Source of the DNA: Myxococcota bacterium | Lineage (GTDB): Bacteria > Myxococcota > SpSt-1050 | Direction: 5' to 3' | Assembly (NCBI GenBank): GCA_049969675.1 | Contig: JBMFOP010000001.1 | Coordinates: 1-64,000, forward strand | DNA: 64,000 bases | Shown: positions 9,389 to 19,841 of the stretch, one piece after another | How the letters are laid out: the number at the start of each line of letters is the position of its first letter | How positions within the stretch are numbered: the first letter of the stretch is position 1 | Program-made: the position numbers and the translations under genes | The notes under the pieces: model-generated | The model's database searches: none | Told to the model about the DNA's origin: nothing | What the model saw: only the letters and a program-made list of their open reading frames with translations

Positions 9389-11683
9389 ATGGATAAAAGA
9401 TTCCATTCTAAACTGTCAAGTAAGATTATCATATCCGTCTTATTTTCAATCCTGATCTCCTTTCTTGCAATTGGGTTAATAGTTCATTATTTATCAAGCA
9501 GAATTATCAGAGATAGAATAATCTCTGATTTGAGACTACACGCAAAGATCATTGGTTCAAACTCCTCAGCGGCACTCCTCTTTGAGGATAAGAAGGTTGC
9601 AAAAGACATCCTGTCTTCATTGAGATTACTGCCAGAGATTCAATCGGCGATTCTATTTGATAGATCGGGGAGGGAGTTTGCATATTTTATCCGTGAGGGA
9701 GGCATTTATATTCCTTATTATACAGAGGTTCTGAATTCAGATAAGCAGATAGTTGTGGTTGAGGAGATTGAGATTGAGGGTGAGCAGATTGGGAAGATTG
9801 TTATTGTCTCAAATACAGACAGGATAACAGGACAGACGAGGCTTGTAACCTATGGTGTGATATTCGGAATAATTGGTGCCCTTTTGATTGCATATATCCT
9901 GATGTCTCTATTTACAAAAGTGATATTTAAGCCGGTAAAGAATCTACTTGATGTAATGCATAATGTCTCTGAGAAGAGGGATTATTCATTGCGTGCTGAG
10001 ATTGTTTCAGGAGATGAGTTTGGCAGTATTGCCAGTAGTTTTAATGAGATGCTTGCACAGATACAGTTGAGAGATGAAGAGATAAATCGCTACAGGGAAC
10101 ACCTTGAAGATGAGGTGAAAAAGAGGACGAAGGAACTTGAGGAATTGAGTATCAGACTTGAAAAGGAACTTGAGGAAGTGAAGAGGATGGAGGAGATAAT
10201 ATCCCGTTCTGCAACCGAGTGGAGAACCACATTTGATTCAATAAATGATGCGGTATTCCTGCTGGATAGAAATGGTAATATATTGAAATGCAACAAATCA
10301 GCAATAAAAATTCTGGGAGTGACTTATTCTGATATTATACAAAGTAATATCTGTAAGGTTGCACACAATTCTGATAATTGTAATTGTGGAATAAGTGATG
10401 CTTTCAGGGATAAAATAAGGGTTACCAGAATATTGCATATAAAAGACAAGATATATCAGATTTACTTTGACCCGATTATCTCAAAGGATAATCTGATGGG
10501 TCTTGTCCATATTATGTCCGATATTACAGAGAGACATCTGATAGAAGAGGGTATTCAACATATGCAGAAGATGGAGGCAGTTGGAAGACTTGCCGGAGGT
10601 GTTGCACACGATTTTAATAATCTACTTTCTATTTTGACCCTTTATACCAGTTCTTTATTAAAGCGCCTCAAGGATGATGAACGTTCCTTAAAGGAATTAA
10701 GTGAGATAAAGAAGGTTATAGAACGGGCGACAAACCTCTCAAGGCAGTTGCTTACATTTAGCCGAAAGCAGATAATCAATCCAGAGGTCTTTGATATCTG
10801 TGATGCCCTGAACTCCTTACATAAGATGCTATCCCGATTGATAGGTGAGCACATTGATATTAAACTGGAGTTGCCTGAAGGTGGTTTTTATATCTTTGCA
10901 GATAGGTCTCAATTTGATAATGTAATAATGAATCTGGTGATAAATGCAAAGGATGCAATGCCAGATGGTGGAGTTATTACTATAAGCGCGGAGAAGAGGG
11001 TGCTTAAGAGAGAGGATATATCTATTCCGGAGCTCTGGGATAGGGATTTTATAATTCTCAAAGTTGCAGATAATGGTGAGGGTATGAGTGAGGAGATTCA
11101 GAAGAAGATATTTGAGCCTTTCTTTACCACGAAGCCGAAAGGGAGAGGGACAGGGCTCGGGCTCACTATTGTATATGGTTTTGTGAGACAGTGTAACGGC
11201 TATATTGATGTCAGAAGTAGACTGAAAGAGGGGACGACATTTACATTGTATTTTCCACCTGCCGCACAGAGAGTTTCTAACAGACCGGTAAGTGCATTGA
11301 TTAAGGCTTTAACAATTAAAAATTTGAGTATATTGCTTGTGGAGGACGATGAGGATGTGAGACGCTCTCTTAAAAAGATGCTTGAAGATAATAGTTTCAG
11401 GGTGATAGATAAGGGGAGGGCAATTGAGGCGATTGGATTACTTAGAGATAGAAAGGATAGAATTGACCTGATAATCTCAGATATTGTGATGCCAGAGATG
11501 AATGGAATTGACTTTTTTAAGAAGGTGAGGGAGTTTGATAGCGAGATTCCATTTATTTTAATGACCGGTTATTCAGATGAGTTTTTACCGCAGGAGGATA
11601 TTTCAACATACAGAGATATCCTGATTCAGAAGCCCTTTACCGAAACCCAGATTATAAATAAAATAAGGGAGATGATAAAGTAG
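9389..11683 (+). CDS. Hybrid sensor histidine kinase (CHASE8-like sensor, HAMP, PAS, HisKA, HATPase, REC)
   Basis: Two TM helices, AALLFED sensor motif, DEFGSIASSFNEM HAMP, AHDFNNLL H-box, NLVINAKDAM, FEPFFTTK, GTGLGL, SDIVMPEMNG. Confidence 0.93.
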   Translation: MDKRFHSKLSSKIIISVLFSILISFLAIGLIVHYLSSRIIRDRIISDLRLHAKIIGSNSSAALLFEDKKVAKDILSSLRLLPEIQSAILFDRSGREFAYFIREGGIYIPYYTEVLNSDKQIVVVEEIEIEGEQIGKIVIVSNTDRITGQTRLVTYGVIFGIIGALLIAYILMSLFTKVIFKPVKNLLDVMHNVSEKRDYSLRAEIVSGDEFGSIASSFNEMLAQIQLRDEEINRYREHLEDEVKKRTKELEELSIRLEKELEEVKRMEEIISRSATEWRTTFDSINDAVFLLDRNGNILKCNKSAIKILGVTYSDIIQSNICKVAHNSDNCNCGISDAFRDKIRVTRILHIKDKIYQIYFDPIISKDNLMGLVHIMSDITERHLIEEGIQHMQKMEAVGRLAGGVAHDFNNLLSILTLYTSSLLKRLKDDERSLKELSEIKKVIERATNLSRQLLTFSRKQIINPEVFDICDALNSLHKMLSRLIGEHIDIKLELPEGGFYIFADRSQFDNVIMNLVINAKDAMPDGGVITISAEKRVLKREDISIPELWDRDFIILKVADNGEGMSEEIQKKIFEPFFTTKPKGRGTGLGLTIVYGFVRQCNGYIDVRSRLKEGTTFTLYFPPAAQRVSNRPVSALIKALTIKNLSILLVEDDEDVRRSLKKMLEDNSFRVIDKGRAIEAIGLLRDRKDRIDLIISDIVMPEMNGIDFFKKVREFDSEIPFILMTGYSDEFLPQEDISTYRDILIQKPFTETQIINKIREMIK

Positions 11684-11695
11684 AAGGAGGAAGAT

Positions 11696-12079
11696 ATGTG
11701 GGAGTATCTAAGACTCCATGAGGAGTTTATAAGAGGGGCGATTAGAGAGGTGCAGAATAAGGAGGAGTTGATTCAGCTCAGAGATTTTCATATAAGACAG
11801 ATTGGATTTATGCAGCACGAGAGATTGATTCATCTGATAGTAACAATGTTTGTAGCATTATTTACCATTATGTCTTTTGGCTTATGCTACTTTGCACCTG
11901 CAATTCCGACAGGGCTTTTGTGCATGTTGTTTATTATTTTAACAGGCGCGTACATCCTTCACTATTTCAGGCTGGAGAACGGCGTTCAGAGATGGTATCA
12001 CATAGCAAATGAGATTGAGAGGTTGATAGGAAATCAGGGCGCTATTTATGAAAATCATAAGATACAAGTGAATAAATAG
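11696..12079 (+). CDS. Small hypothetical membrane protein
   Basis: Strong AAGGAGG RBS, two TM segments, QHERLIHLIVT and HYFRLENGVQRWY motifs. Confidence 0.8.
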   Translation: MWEYLRLHEEFIRGAIREVQNKEELIQLRDFHIRQIGFMQHERLIHLIVTMFVALFTIMSFGLCYFAPAIPTGLLCMLFIILTGAYILHYFRLENGVQRWYHIANEIERLIGNQGAIYENHKIQVNK

Positions 12080-12258
12080 TTGTATGACATTACGACAACA
12101 AATATTGAGAAGATTTGTAGATCTTTATCTACCATTTTGAGGTGGATATTAAAGATGGGCGGGGCGAAATTATTGCCAGGGTGAAGAGGATAAAGGGAAG
12201 AGAAGGCGAAGCGTCATTGTGAGTCATAAATATTACATCATTTCAATTAGTTAGCATC

Positions 12259-12273
12259 TGGCACAAGATTTGA
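12259..12273 (+). promoter_or_regulatory. Sigma54-like -24/-12 promoter (TTGA variant)
   Basis: TGGCACAAGATTTGA about 40 nt before ATG 12313; near-consensus IHF site TTTCAATTAGTTA at 12241-12253. Confidence 0.55.
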
Positions 12274-12312
12274 CATACATAAATCATCACTGACTTTTAA
12301 GGAGGTAGAGAA

Positions 12313-15300
12313 ATGTTTAAGAGATTGTTTTTATTGGTTTTTTTGGCTTTTGTGCTGGGAGGCATCTACGGGTGTGATGAGAGGTCAGTAGAGCCGCAGG
12401 GTGATGACTTTGTTAAGGGGCAGAGTGATTTTGTATCTGCTGGTAGAGGTGGTGGAGGTAGATATTCTGAGGATAGCTCTATGGATGTCGGAAGTAGCAA
12501 GAATGAGGAAAATGGAGGGACTGATTCTAAAAGGACGATTGAAGAGGGTGATATTGTAAAACTCATTAACAATGTCCTGTTTGTCCTGAACCAGTATAGA
12601 GGGCTCCAGATAATAAATCTTGAAAATCCAGATTCTCCCGAATTGATCTCACAGGTCCCCATCTACGGTTATCCTGTTGAGATGTATATAAGGGATAACA
12701 GGGCATATATCGTCGTCTCAAACTACTTCTCTTATAGTTGGGGACTCACCGGAGTTGCCGATGGAAATAATGAGCCATTCTTTGGATCCATAATCAGGGT
12801 GGTGGATATCTCAGATTTGAATGTTCCAAAGATTATTGGTGGTTTTCAGATTGAGGGGAATGTTACTGATACGAGAATTGTTGGGGATGTGCTCTATGCG
12901 GTCTCCAATAGATATTCCTACTATTATTACAATGGGAATACCCGTGATAACAGGGATACTACTACTGTTTATTCAATCAATATTGAGGACCCAAAGAATA
13001 TCTTTATTGCTGACAGACTTGAATTTGAGAGAAGTAATCTGTCTTATGAGAATAATGTCCATGTCACAACTGATGCAATCTTTCTCTCCCAGTACAAATG
13101 GGGGTATATTAATGAATATGGTTATAGTGTAGAGTCAGATGCAACAGATATTACCTACATTGATATTTCAGACCCGAATGGTAAGCTCAGTATTGGCGCA
13201 AAGTATGAAATCCCCGGCGTGGTGATTAATAGATGGCAGATGGATTTTTATGATGGATATTTCAGGGTTATCACCCCGGATAGATACTGGGGGAATGGTT
13301 TCCCCAATCTATATGTCTTCAAGGTCAATAGTAAAGACGATATTAAGCCAGTCTCAAGGCTGAGGATTGAGCCACCAAAGCCCGAATCGCTTACATCTGT
13401 TAGATTTGATGGTCCAAGGGCTTATGCGGTAACATATGAGCAGAAAGACCCGCTGTTTATCATTGATATAAGCAATCCTCAGAACCCGGTACAGAAGGGT
13501 GCGATAGAGATGAGCGGATGGCTGGACTATATTGAGCCACGCGGTGATGTGCTGGTGGCGTTAGGGCACGATGATGCTGATGGACAGATGAGCCTTGCTG
13601 TCTCTATGTTTGATGTAAAGGATGTGGATAATCCAAAGATGATTTCACGTGTAAATTTTGGAGAGGGTTGGGGCTGGGTCTCAGAAGATATGAATGATAT
13701 CCATAAGGCTTTTAAGGTTCTGGATGATATCAATCTTGTAATAATCCCTTTCTCATATTGGTCTGGTAAAAATTCTGCTTATATTTCTGGAATTCAATTG
13801 ATAGACTATTTCAACAATGCAAATATTCAGGGACTTGTCAAAAGGGGTCTTGTTGAACACTCCGGTTGGGTTCAGAGAGGTATCCCTTATGCAAACGAGA
13901 AATTACTCACAGTCTCAAATGAGGCTTTACAGGTTGTGGATATATCCAATAGAGACAAACCAGTATTAAATGCACAGATTGAACTCGCAAGAAATGTCAT
14001 TGACTTCTTACCGGTTGATTCAAAATACGGCCTTGAGCTCTCAAATACCACCCTCTACTATTGGGGTAGAGATGCAAAGAGCAAGGTCAATCTTGTCCCG
14101 CTCTCAACTCCAAATACTCCAAGGCCATATCAATCAGTAGAACTGAATGGATATTTCAACAGACTCTATAGAGTAGGGTCCAAATTTGTGGCAGTAGGTT
14201 ATAACCGGGATAGTAATAATGGCAGTTATAAAGTTGTTATCAAGAGTCTCTCTCTTGAGAATTCACTCTTAAAATTGATAGATAGTGCTGAATTTAAGGG
14301 TAATTTTGGCTGGTATTACTATGGTTGCCCGATGTATGAGTATGGTGATGCCGACAGCAGGAAGGGTGGATATTATTATGGAGCTTGTTATGGCGGTGGT
14401 TCTGTCGCAGAGCAACTACCTGACGGGACACTTGTATTCTCAAGTCTAAAATACGATTATTCCTATGATGAAAACAAATACAATTATAAATATACTGTGA
14501 TATTAAAACAGGTAAAGGTCTTATCTGATGGCAAGATTCAGGTGAGTGATGATTTTACTATTGAATTGCCAGAGAATGCATATACTGGTGGACTTTCATA
14601 CCAGAATATGAAGGCGTACATTACATACTATGTTCCTTTAAATCTCAATGGAAATTATTATCTTGCAAAGGCATATGTCAGGGTCGCAGATTTCTCAAAT
14701 TTTAATGATATTAAATTCTCAAAACCTATAAATGTCCCGGGTACTGTAATTGGTGCATCTTTGAGTGGGAAGTATATTTATACAGTAGATTATCAATATT
14801 ATGCCGATTCAAAAGATGATTATCGTACTGTTGGTTATCTGAACACACTCTTTCTTGGAGATGAGAAGGCATATCTTATGGACAGGATTGAGATACTCCC
14901 CGTATCAACTCTAAACTCCTATTCATATATCAGCAGTTATATAGTGCAGGACGAGAAATTTTACTATACCATCTATAGCTATAGTTGGGATAAAAACTAT
15001 GAAAATTATAAATTCTCAAATCTTCTCAAGACAGTAAGTCTTGTTGACCCTGAGGATATAGTGCCCAAGTCCTCAATCTCCCTCAAGCCTCAGAGTACGG
15101 GGACGATGAAAATTATATCAGATAGACTCTTTATTTCTGCCTATGACTATGTGTCCGGACTTTTTGTCTATAAACTGACTGACCCATTTAATCCGGAATT
15201 TGAGGCATTTTATAGAACAGATGGCTGGACCTCTGCTGAGAATGTCTCAGTAATGGATAACAGGGCATTTGTTACAGCAGGTCCTTATGGTGTTCAGGTG

Positions 15301-15315
15301 ATAACTCTAAAATAA
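12313..15315 (+). CDS. Secreted beta-propeller domain lipoprotein (Beta_propel-like)
   Basis: Lipobox IYGC, IEEGDIVK, VRFDGPRAYAVTYEQKDPLFIIDISNP and repeated LVIVD-like strands. Confidence 0.82.
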   Translation: MFKRLFLLVFLAFVLGGIYGCDERSVEPQGDDFVKGQSDFVSAGRGGGGRYSEDSSMDVGSSKNEENGGTDSKRTIEEGDIVKLINNVLFVLNQYRGLQIINLENPDSPELISQVPIYGYPVEMYIRDNRAYIVVSNYFSYSWGLTGVADGNNEPFFGSIIRVVDISDLNVPKIIGGFQIEGNVTDTRIVGDVLYAVSNRYSYYYYNGNTRDNRDTTTVYSINIEDPKNIFIADRLEFERSNLSYENNVHVTTDAIFLSQYKWGYINEYGYSVESDATDITYIDISDPNGKLSIGAKYEIPGVVINRWQMDFYDGYFRVITPDRYWGNGFPNLYVFKVNSKDDIKPVSRLRIEPPKPESLTSVRFDGPRAYAVTYEQKDPLFIIDISNPQNPVQKGAIEMSGWLDYIEPRGDVLVALGHDDADGQMSLAVSMFDVKDVDNPKMISRVNFGEGWGWVSEDMNDIHKAFKVLDDINLVIIPFSYWSGKNSAYISGIQLIDYFNNANIQGLVKRGLVEHSGWVQRGIPYANEKLLTVSNEALQVVDISNRDKPVLNAQIELARNVIDFLPVDSKYGLELSNTTLYYWGRDAKSKVNLVPLSTPNTPRPYQSVELNGYFNRLYRVGSKFVAVGYNRDSNNGSYKVVIKSLSLENSLLKLIDSAEFKGNFGWYYYGCPMYEYGDADSRKGGYYYGACYGGGSVAEQLPDGTLVFSSLKYDYSYDENKYNYKYTVILKQVKVLSDGKIQVSDDFTIELPENAYTGGLSYQNMKAYITYYVPLNLNGNYYLAKAYVRVADFSNFNDIKFSKPINVPGTVIGASLSGKYIYTVDYQYYADSKDDYRTVGYLNTLFLGDEKAYLMDRIEILPVSTLNSYSYISSYIVQDEKFYYTIYSYSWDKNYENYKFSNLLKTVSLVDPEDIVPKSSISLKPQSTGTMKIISDRLFISAYDYVSGLFVYKLTDPFNPEFEAFYRTDGWTSAENVSVMDNRAFVTAGPYGVQVITLK

Positions 15316-15344
15316 TAAAATCCTCAATGAATATACCCTCCTTG

Positions 15345-15375
15345 AAGAGCCGATTTTGAGATCGGCTCTTTTTTT
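15345..15375 (+). terminator. Rho-independent terminator
   Basis: AAGAGCCGAT-tttgag-ATCGGCTCTT followed by a T run. Confidence 0.85.
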
Positions 15376-15443
15376 ATTTTCATTATTTATAATTTGATAT
15401 TGCGATATTTTTTGCTAATAATACCTCTTTTAGGAAGGAGGAG

Positions 15444-16682
15444 ATGGATATGAATATATCAGAGAGAATGAAGAGATTCTTTAATAATCCGACAGAGGAA
15501 GATTGGAACAACTGGCAGTGGCAGATTAGAAACAGGATAACCACGCTTGAGGACCTGAGTAAGATAATAAATCTTACAGAGGAGGAGAAGGAGGGTATTA
15601 GAAAGGTCCTTAAAGTGTACAGAATGGCGATAACCCCCTATTATGCCTCGTTGATGGATGAGGATAATCCACTCTGTCCTATCAGAATGCAGGCGGTTCC
15701 GACTATATATGAGACTCACAGGTCCAGTTCAGATCTGCACGACCCTCTGGCAGAAGACAGGGATATGGTGGCACCAAACCTTGTACACAGATATCCAGAC
15801 AGGGTGTTATTTCTTATTACAGACCAGTGTTCAATGTATTGTAGATTCTGTACGAGGCGGAGACTTGTGGGTCAGGTGGATCAGCCGAGGAAGATTGATG
15901 AACTGAAAAAGGCATTTGAATATATCAGAAAGAATAAAAGGGTCAGAGATATCATAATCTCAGGTGGGGACCCGCTTACTACTTCGGATGAGCATATTGA
16001 ATATATCCTGAAGGAATTGAGGGCAATCAAGCATGTTGAGATAATAAGGCTCGGTTCAAGAACTCCAGTTGTATTGCCTATGAGAATTACCGAAAACCTG
16101 ATTAAAGTCTTGAAAAGATATCAACCAGTATATCTAAATACACACTTTAACCATCCGAAGGAGATTACTGAGGATTCCCGCCGCGCCTGTGAGAGATTGG
16201 CAGATGGTGGTATTGTTGTCTCAAATCAGTCGGTCCTTTTAAGAAGAATAAACAGTTCCTATGTCATAATGAAGAAGTTGTGCCATCAGTTATTGAAGAT
16301 AAGGGTCAGACCTTATTATATCTTCCAGTGTGACCTCTCGGAGGGTATTGAGCATTTCAGGACGCCAGTCTCAAAGGGCTTTGAGATAATTGAAAGGATG
16401 AGAGGACATACCTCAGGTCTTGCAGTTCCGACACTTGTAGTGGATATGCCGGGTGGAGGAGGAAAGGTACCGATATTCCCAAACTATCTGATTTCTATGA
16501 GTGAAAATGCCACTGTCTTTAGAAATTATAAAGGCTTTATCTCTGTCTATCAGGATCCGATTGAGCGAGATTGTAGTTGTCCAACGGAATCTGATTATGA
16601 TAAAGATGTGGTGGCACATTCCCCTGAAGGGCTGGGTAATCTCTTTGACAGGAAGAAGGTCTCAATAGAGCCCAAGGAGTGA
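15444..16682 (+). CDS. kamA: L-lysine 2,3-aminomutase (radical SAM, PLP)
   Basis: WNNWQWQ, HRYPDRVL, CSMYCRFCTRRR, SGGDPL, HFNHP, PGGGGKVP. Confidence 0.95.
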   Translation: MDMNISERMKRFFNNPTEEDWNNWQWQIRNRITTLEDLSKIINLTEEEKEGIRKVLKVYRMAITPYYASLMDEDNPLCPIRMQAVPTIYETHRSSSDLHDPLAEDRDMVAPNLVHRYPDRVLFLITDQCSMYCRFCTRRRLVGQVDQPRKIDELKKAFEYIRKNKRVRDIIISGGDPLTTSDEHIEYILKELRAIKHVEIIRLGSRTPVVLPMRITENLIKVLKRYQPVYLNTHFNHPKEITEDSRRACERLADGGIVVSNQSVLLRRINSSYVIMKKLCHQLLKIRVRPYYIFQCDLSEGIEHFRTPVSKGFEIIERMRGHTSGLAVPTLVVDMPGGGGKVPIFPNYLISMSENATVFRNYKGFISVYQDPIERDCSCPTESDYDKDVVAHSPEGLGNLFDRKKVSIEPKE

Positions 16683-16685
16683 GAT

Positions 16686-18251
16686 ATGCTAAAGGTGAGA
16701 TTTGATAAGAGGTTGGTTGTTGAATCACGGGAGTATGCAAAAACTATTGCAACAGATATTTACAACAGATTTATCAAAGGGTTCTCAACAGATTCTATAG
16801 AAAGGACCACATTGAGATTCCTTGGGATTGAGGGCTCTACCTCATATGGACATCCTAAAGTGAATGCGGTGGTGGATGCTATTAAGAGGCAATACGATAT
16901 TACAGGAGGTGTTTTGAATTATATTGCACACGAGATGGCTGTCTCTCAGGTAGATTTTTTATCGGCGGTAGATATCATAATAAATGGTACTCTTTCAACT
17001 TTGAAGCCAAGTAAAGAGGCACTTGATAGGGCAAAGGGGGAGATTGAAGAGATTGCACGTAAGAAATACGATGAGATAGTCTCAAAGAGGGTCATGAGAG
17101 AGAGGTTTAGAAATTCATTTCCACCTCAGAAGAGGCCACTCAAATATCTCATTGTTGCAACTGGCAATATTTATGACGATGTAATTCAGGCAATATCAGC
17201 AGCGGAGGCGGGTGCGGATATTATAGCAGTTATCAGGTCCACCGCTCAATCGCTTCTGGACTATGTGCCGGAGGGGGCAACTACTGAAGGATATGGTGGA
17301 ACCTATGCGACTCAGGAGAATTTCAGGATAATGAGGTCTGCCCTTGATGATGCCTCAAAGAGGCTCAACAGATATATCTATCTTACAAACTACTCAAGTG
17401 GTCTATGTATGCCAGAGATAGCATATCTTGGTGCATTTGAGGGGCTGGATGTGCTATTAAATGATGCAATGTATGGCATCCTCTTTAGAGATATAAATAT
17501 GAAGAGGACCTTCTGTGACCAGTTCTTCTCAAGGATGATATGTGCTATATCAAAGATTATTATCAATACAGGTGAAGACAACTATCTTACAACCTCTGAT
17601 GCGATGGAGAGGGCACATACAGTACTGACCAGTCTCTTTATAAACGAGGCATTTGCAAGGCTTGCGGGTATGAGAGAAGAATATATGGGACTGGGACATG
17701 CCTTTGAAATAAATCCACAGATTGAAGATTCACTCTCATTTGAGTTATCTCAGGCGCTATTGATAAGGCAGATATTCCCGCGCTCTCCTATTAAATATAT
17801 GCCCCCTACAAAACATATGACCGGAGACCCCTTTTATAGTAATCTACTTGATGCGATGTTTAATCTAACAAGTAAGTTGAGCTCACAGCATATCCATCTG
17901 CTTGGTATGATGACAGAGGCTATGCACAATCCGTTGATGATGGACAGATATGAGAGTCTTAAAAATGTAAACTACATCTTCAACGCGGTCAGTACCTTAT
18001 CCGAGCAGATTACAATAAAGAAGGATTCGCTTTTGAATAAGAGGGCGCAGGAGGTATTACATAGGGCGTATGAGTTACTGAAGAAGGTAAGAGATGAGGG
18101 GCTGGACAGGGCAATTTCTGAGGGTGAATTCGCCGATATAAAGAGATTTAGCGATTCTGGCAAAGGTGTTGATGGTGTATATAAGGTAAGAGATGATTAC
18201 TTTAATCCAGTATTTAATCTGCTGATTGAGAAGACTGGAGGTGAGCGATGA
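16686..18251 (+). CDS. kamD: D-lysine/beta-lysine 5,6-aminomutase alpha subunit
   Basis: YLIVATGNIYDD, AVIRSTAQSLLDYVPEGATTEGYGGTYATQENFR, NYSSGLCMPEIA, KYMPPTKHMTG. Confidence 0.95.
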   Translation: MLKVRFDKRLVVESREYAKTIATDIYNRFIKGFSTDSIERTTLRFLGIEGSTSYGHPKVNAVVDAIKRQYDITGGVLNYIAHEMAVSQVDFLSAVDIIINGTLSTLKPSKEALDRAKGEIEEIARKKYDEIVSKRVMRERFRNSFPPQKRPLKYLIVATGNIYDDVIQAISAAEAGADIIAVIRSTAQSLLDYVPEGATTEGYGGTYATQENFRIMRSALDDASKRLNRYIYLTNYSSGLCMPEIAYLGAFEGLDVLLNDAMYGILFRDINMKRTFCDQFFSRMICAISKIIINTGEDNYLTTSDAMERAHTVLTSLFINEAFARLAGMREEYMGLGHAFEINPQIEDSLSFELSQALLIRQIFPRSPIKYMPPTKHMTGDPFYSNLLDAMFNLTSKLSSQHIHLLGMMTEAMHNPLMMDRYESLKNVNYIFNAVSTLSEQITIKKDSLLNKRAQEVLHRAYELLKKVRDEGLDRAISEGEFADIKRFSDSGKGVDGVYKVRDDYFNPVFNLLIEKTGGER

Positions 18252-18997
18252 GCCAGTTGTTTTCAAATCTGATAAAGGCATATGGGGATAGAAAGGACGA
18301 TGGGGTGGTGCAACTCTCATTTACCCTTCCAGTGGAATATAATCAGAAGGCAAAACAGATTGGTAAGATCTTCGCTGAAAAGTTAGGATTGAGGGAGGTA
18401 AATGTCACCACTGTGGAGAAGATAGGTCCGAGTTTTACGATGTTTGTTGTATATGGACATTCTGATGTGGTTTTAGATGTGGAGAAGATTGATATTCCAG
18501 TTGTAGAGTTTACCATTTATTCGCGTGAGGAGGTAGATGAACTGATAGGAAGAAATATAGGTAGGAAGATAAAGGTGGTGGGTGCCTGCACCGGATTTGA
18601 TGCCCACACCGTGGGTATTGATGCTATATTGAATATGAAGGGCTTTGCCGGGGATTATGGGCTTGAGAGATATAGATGGTTTGAGGTATATAATCTGGGT
18701 GCCCAGATAACGAATGATACACTCATTGATAAAGCACTTTCTACAGATGCTGATGCCATTCTACTTTCACAGGTTGTAACTCAGAGGAATATTCACAAAG
18801 AGAATTCTCTGGATTTTATAAAGAAGATTGAGGAAAAGGGATTGAGAGAGAGATTTATCATTATTCTGGGTGGACCGAGGATAGACCATCCTCTGGCAGT
18901 ATCGCTCGGTTTTGATGCAGGCTTTGGTGCAGGGACAAAGCCATCTGAGGTGGCAAGCTATATATACTTTAGAATGCTTGAAAGGGTAAAGAGATAA
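18248..18997 (+). CDS. kamE: Lysine 5,6-aminomutase beta subunit (B12-binding)
   Basis: YGDRKDDGVVQLSFTLP, DAHTVGIDAILNMKG (DxHxxG and PLP Lys), GFDAGFG. Confidence 0.95.
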   Translation: MSQLFSNLIKAYGDRKDDGVVQLSFTLPVEYNQKAKQIGKIFAEKLGLREVNVTTVEKIGPSFTMFVVYGHSDVVLDVEKIDIPVVEFTIYSREEVDELIGRNIGRKIKVVGACTGFDAHTVGIDAILNMKGFAGDYGLERYRWFEVYNLGAQITNDTLIDKALSTDADAILLSQVVTQRNIHKENSLDFIKKIEEKGLRERFIIILGGPRIDHPLAVSLGFDAGFGAGTKPSEVASYIYFRMLERVKR

Positions 18998-19830
18998 TGG
19001 AGGAGAGAATGGATAGAGAACCACTAATCATTACAGTTGCAGCCGTTGGAGCCGAGACAACAAGGGGGCAGACGCCCTATCTACCTATTACAGCAGAGGA
19101 GATAGGTGAGGAGGCTGAGAGAATCAGGGATGCGGGTGCCTGTATGATTCATCTACATGTAAGGAAGGAAGATGGAACTCCCACTCAGGATAAGAGGGTC
19201 TTTGAGAGGGCAATTGCGGAGATAAGGAGACGAACAGATATAATTATTCAGGTCTCCACCGGTGGCGCAGTCTGGATGACCGCAGAGGAGCGGGCTCAAC
19301 CACTTGAACTGAATCCGCAGATGGCTTCCCTTACTGTTGGAACCTGCAACTTCCAAGATGAAGTCTTTTCAAATCCATTTCCGCTTATAAGAAAACTTGC
19401 ACGGATGATGAATGAGAGAGATATCATTCCAGAGATTGAGATATTTGATGTAGGATTTCTGGATAATGTTAGGCTATTGATTAGAGAGGGAGTGCTCCTG
19501 CCACCTCTTCACTTTGACTTTGTAATGGGTGTCCCCGGGGCGATGGGAGCAGACGAGCAGTTGCTTGACTTTCTTATCTCAAGACTCCCTGAAGGTTCCA
19601 CCTGGTCTGTGGCTGGTGTCGGTAGATATGAATTCCCGATGGCAGAGCTCGCAATCAAGAAAGGGGGGCATGTGAGGGTCGGACTTGAAGACAATATCTA
19701 TCTTGAAAAGGGAGTTCTGGCAAAAGGAAATGTAGAACTTGTAAAGAAGGTGGTGGAGATGGCTGAGAAGATGAACAGACCCATTGCCACTCTAAAAGAG
19801 GCGAAGAGGATATTAAGGTTGAAGAGGTAA
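18997..19830 (+). CDS. kce: 3-keto-5-aminohexanoate cleavage enzyme (BKACE)
   Basis: LIITVAAVGAE, IHLHVR, STGGA, HFDFVMG, GGHVRVGLEDN; coupled to kamE. Confidence 0.92.
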   Translation: MEERMDREPLIITVAAVGAETTRGQTPYLPITAEEIGEEAERIRDAGACMIHLHVRKEDGTPTQDKRVFERAIAEIRRRTDIIIQVSTGGAVWMTAEERAQPLELNPQMASLTVGTCNFQDEVFSNPFPLIRKLARMMNERDIIPEIEIFDVGFLDNVRLLIREGVLLPPLHFDFVMGVPGAMGADEQLLDFLISRLPEGSTWSVAGVGRYEFPMAELAIKKGGHVRVGLEDNIYLEKGVLAKGNVELVKKVVEMAEKMNRPIATLKEAKRILRLKR

Positions 19831-19841
19831 AGGGGGACTTT

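Noticed and set aside
12085..12222. Frame FIYHFEVDIKDGRGEIIARVKRIKG resembling a thioesterase-like C-terminus
   Set aside because: No start codon, too short, resemblance too weak to call
15376..15443. Lysine or cobalamin riboswitch upstream of kamA
   Set aside because: Under 70 nt of AT-rich sequence after the terminator; no conserved riboswitch motif
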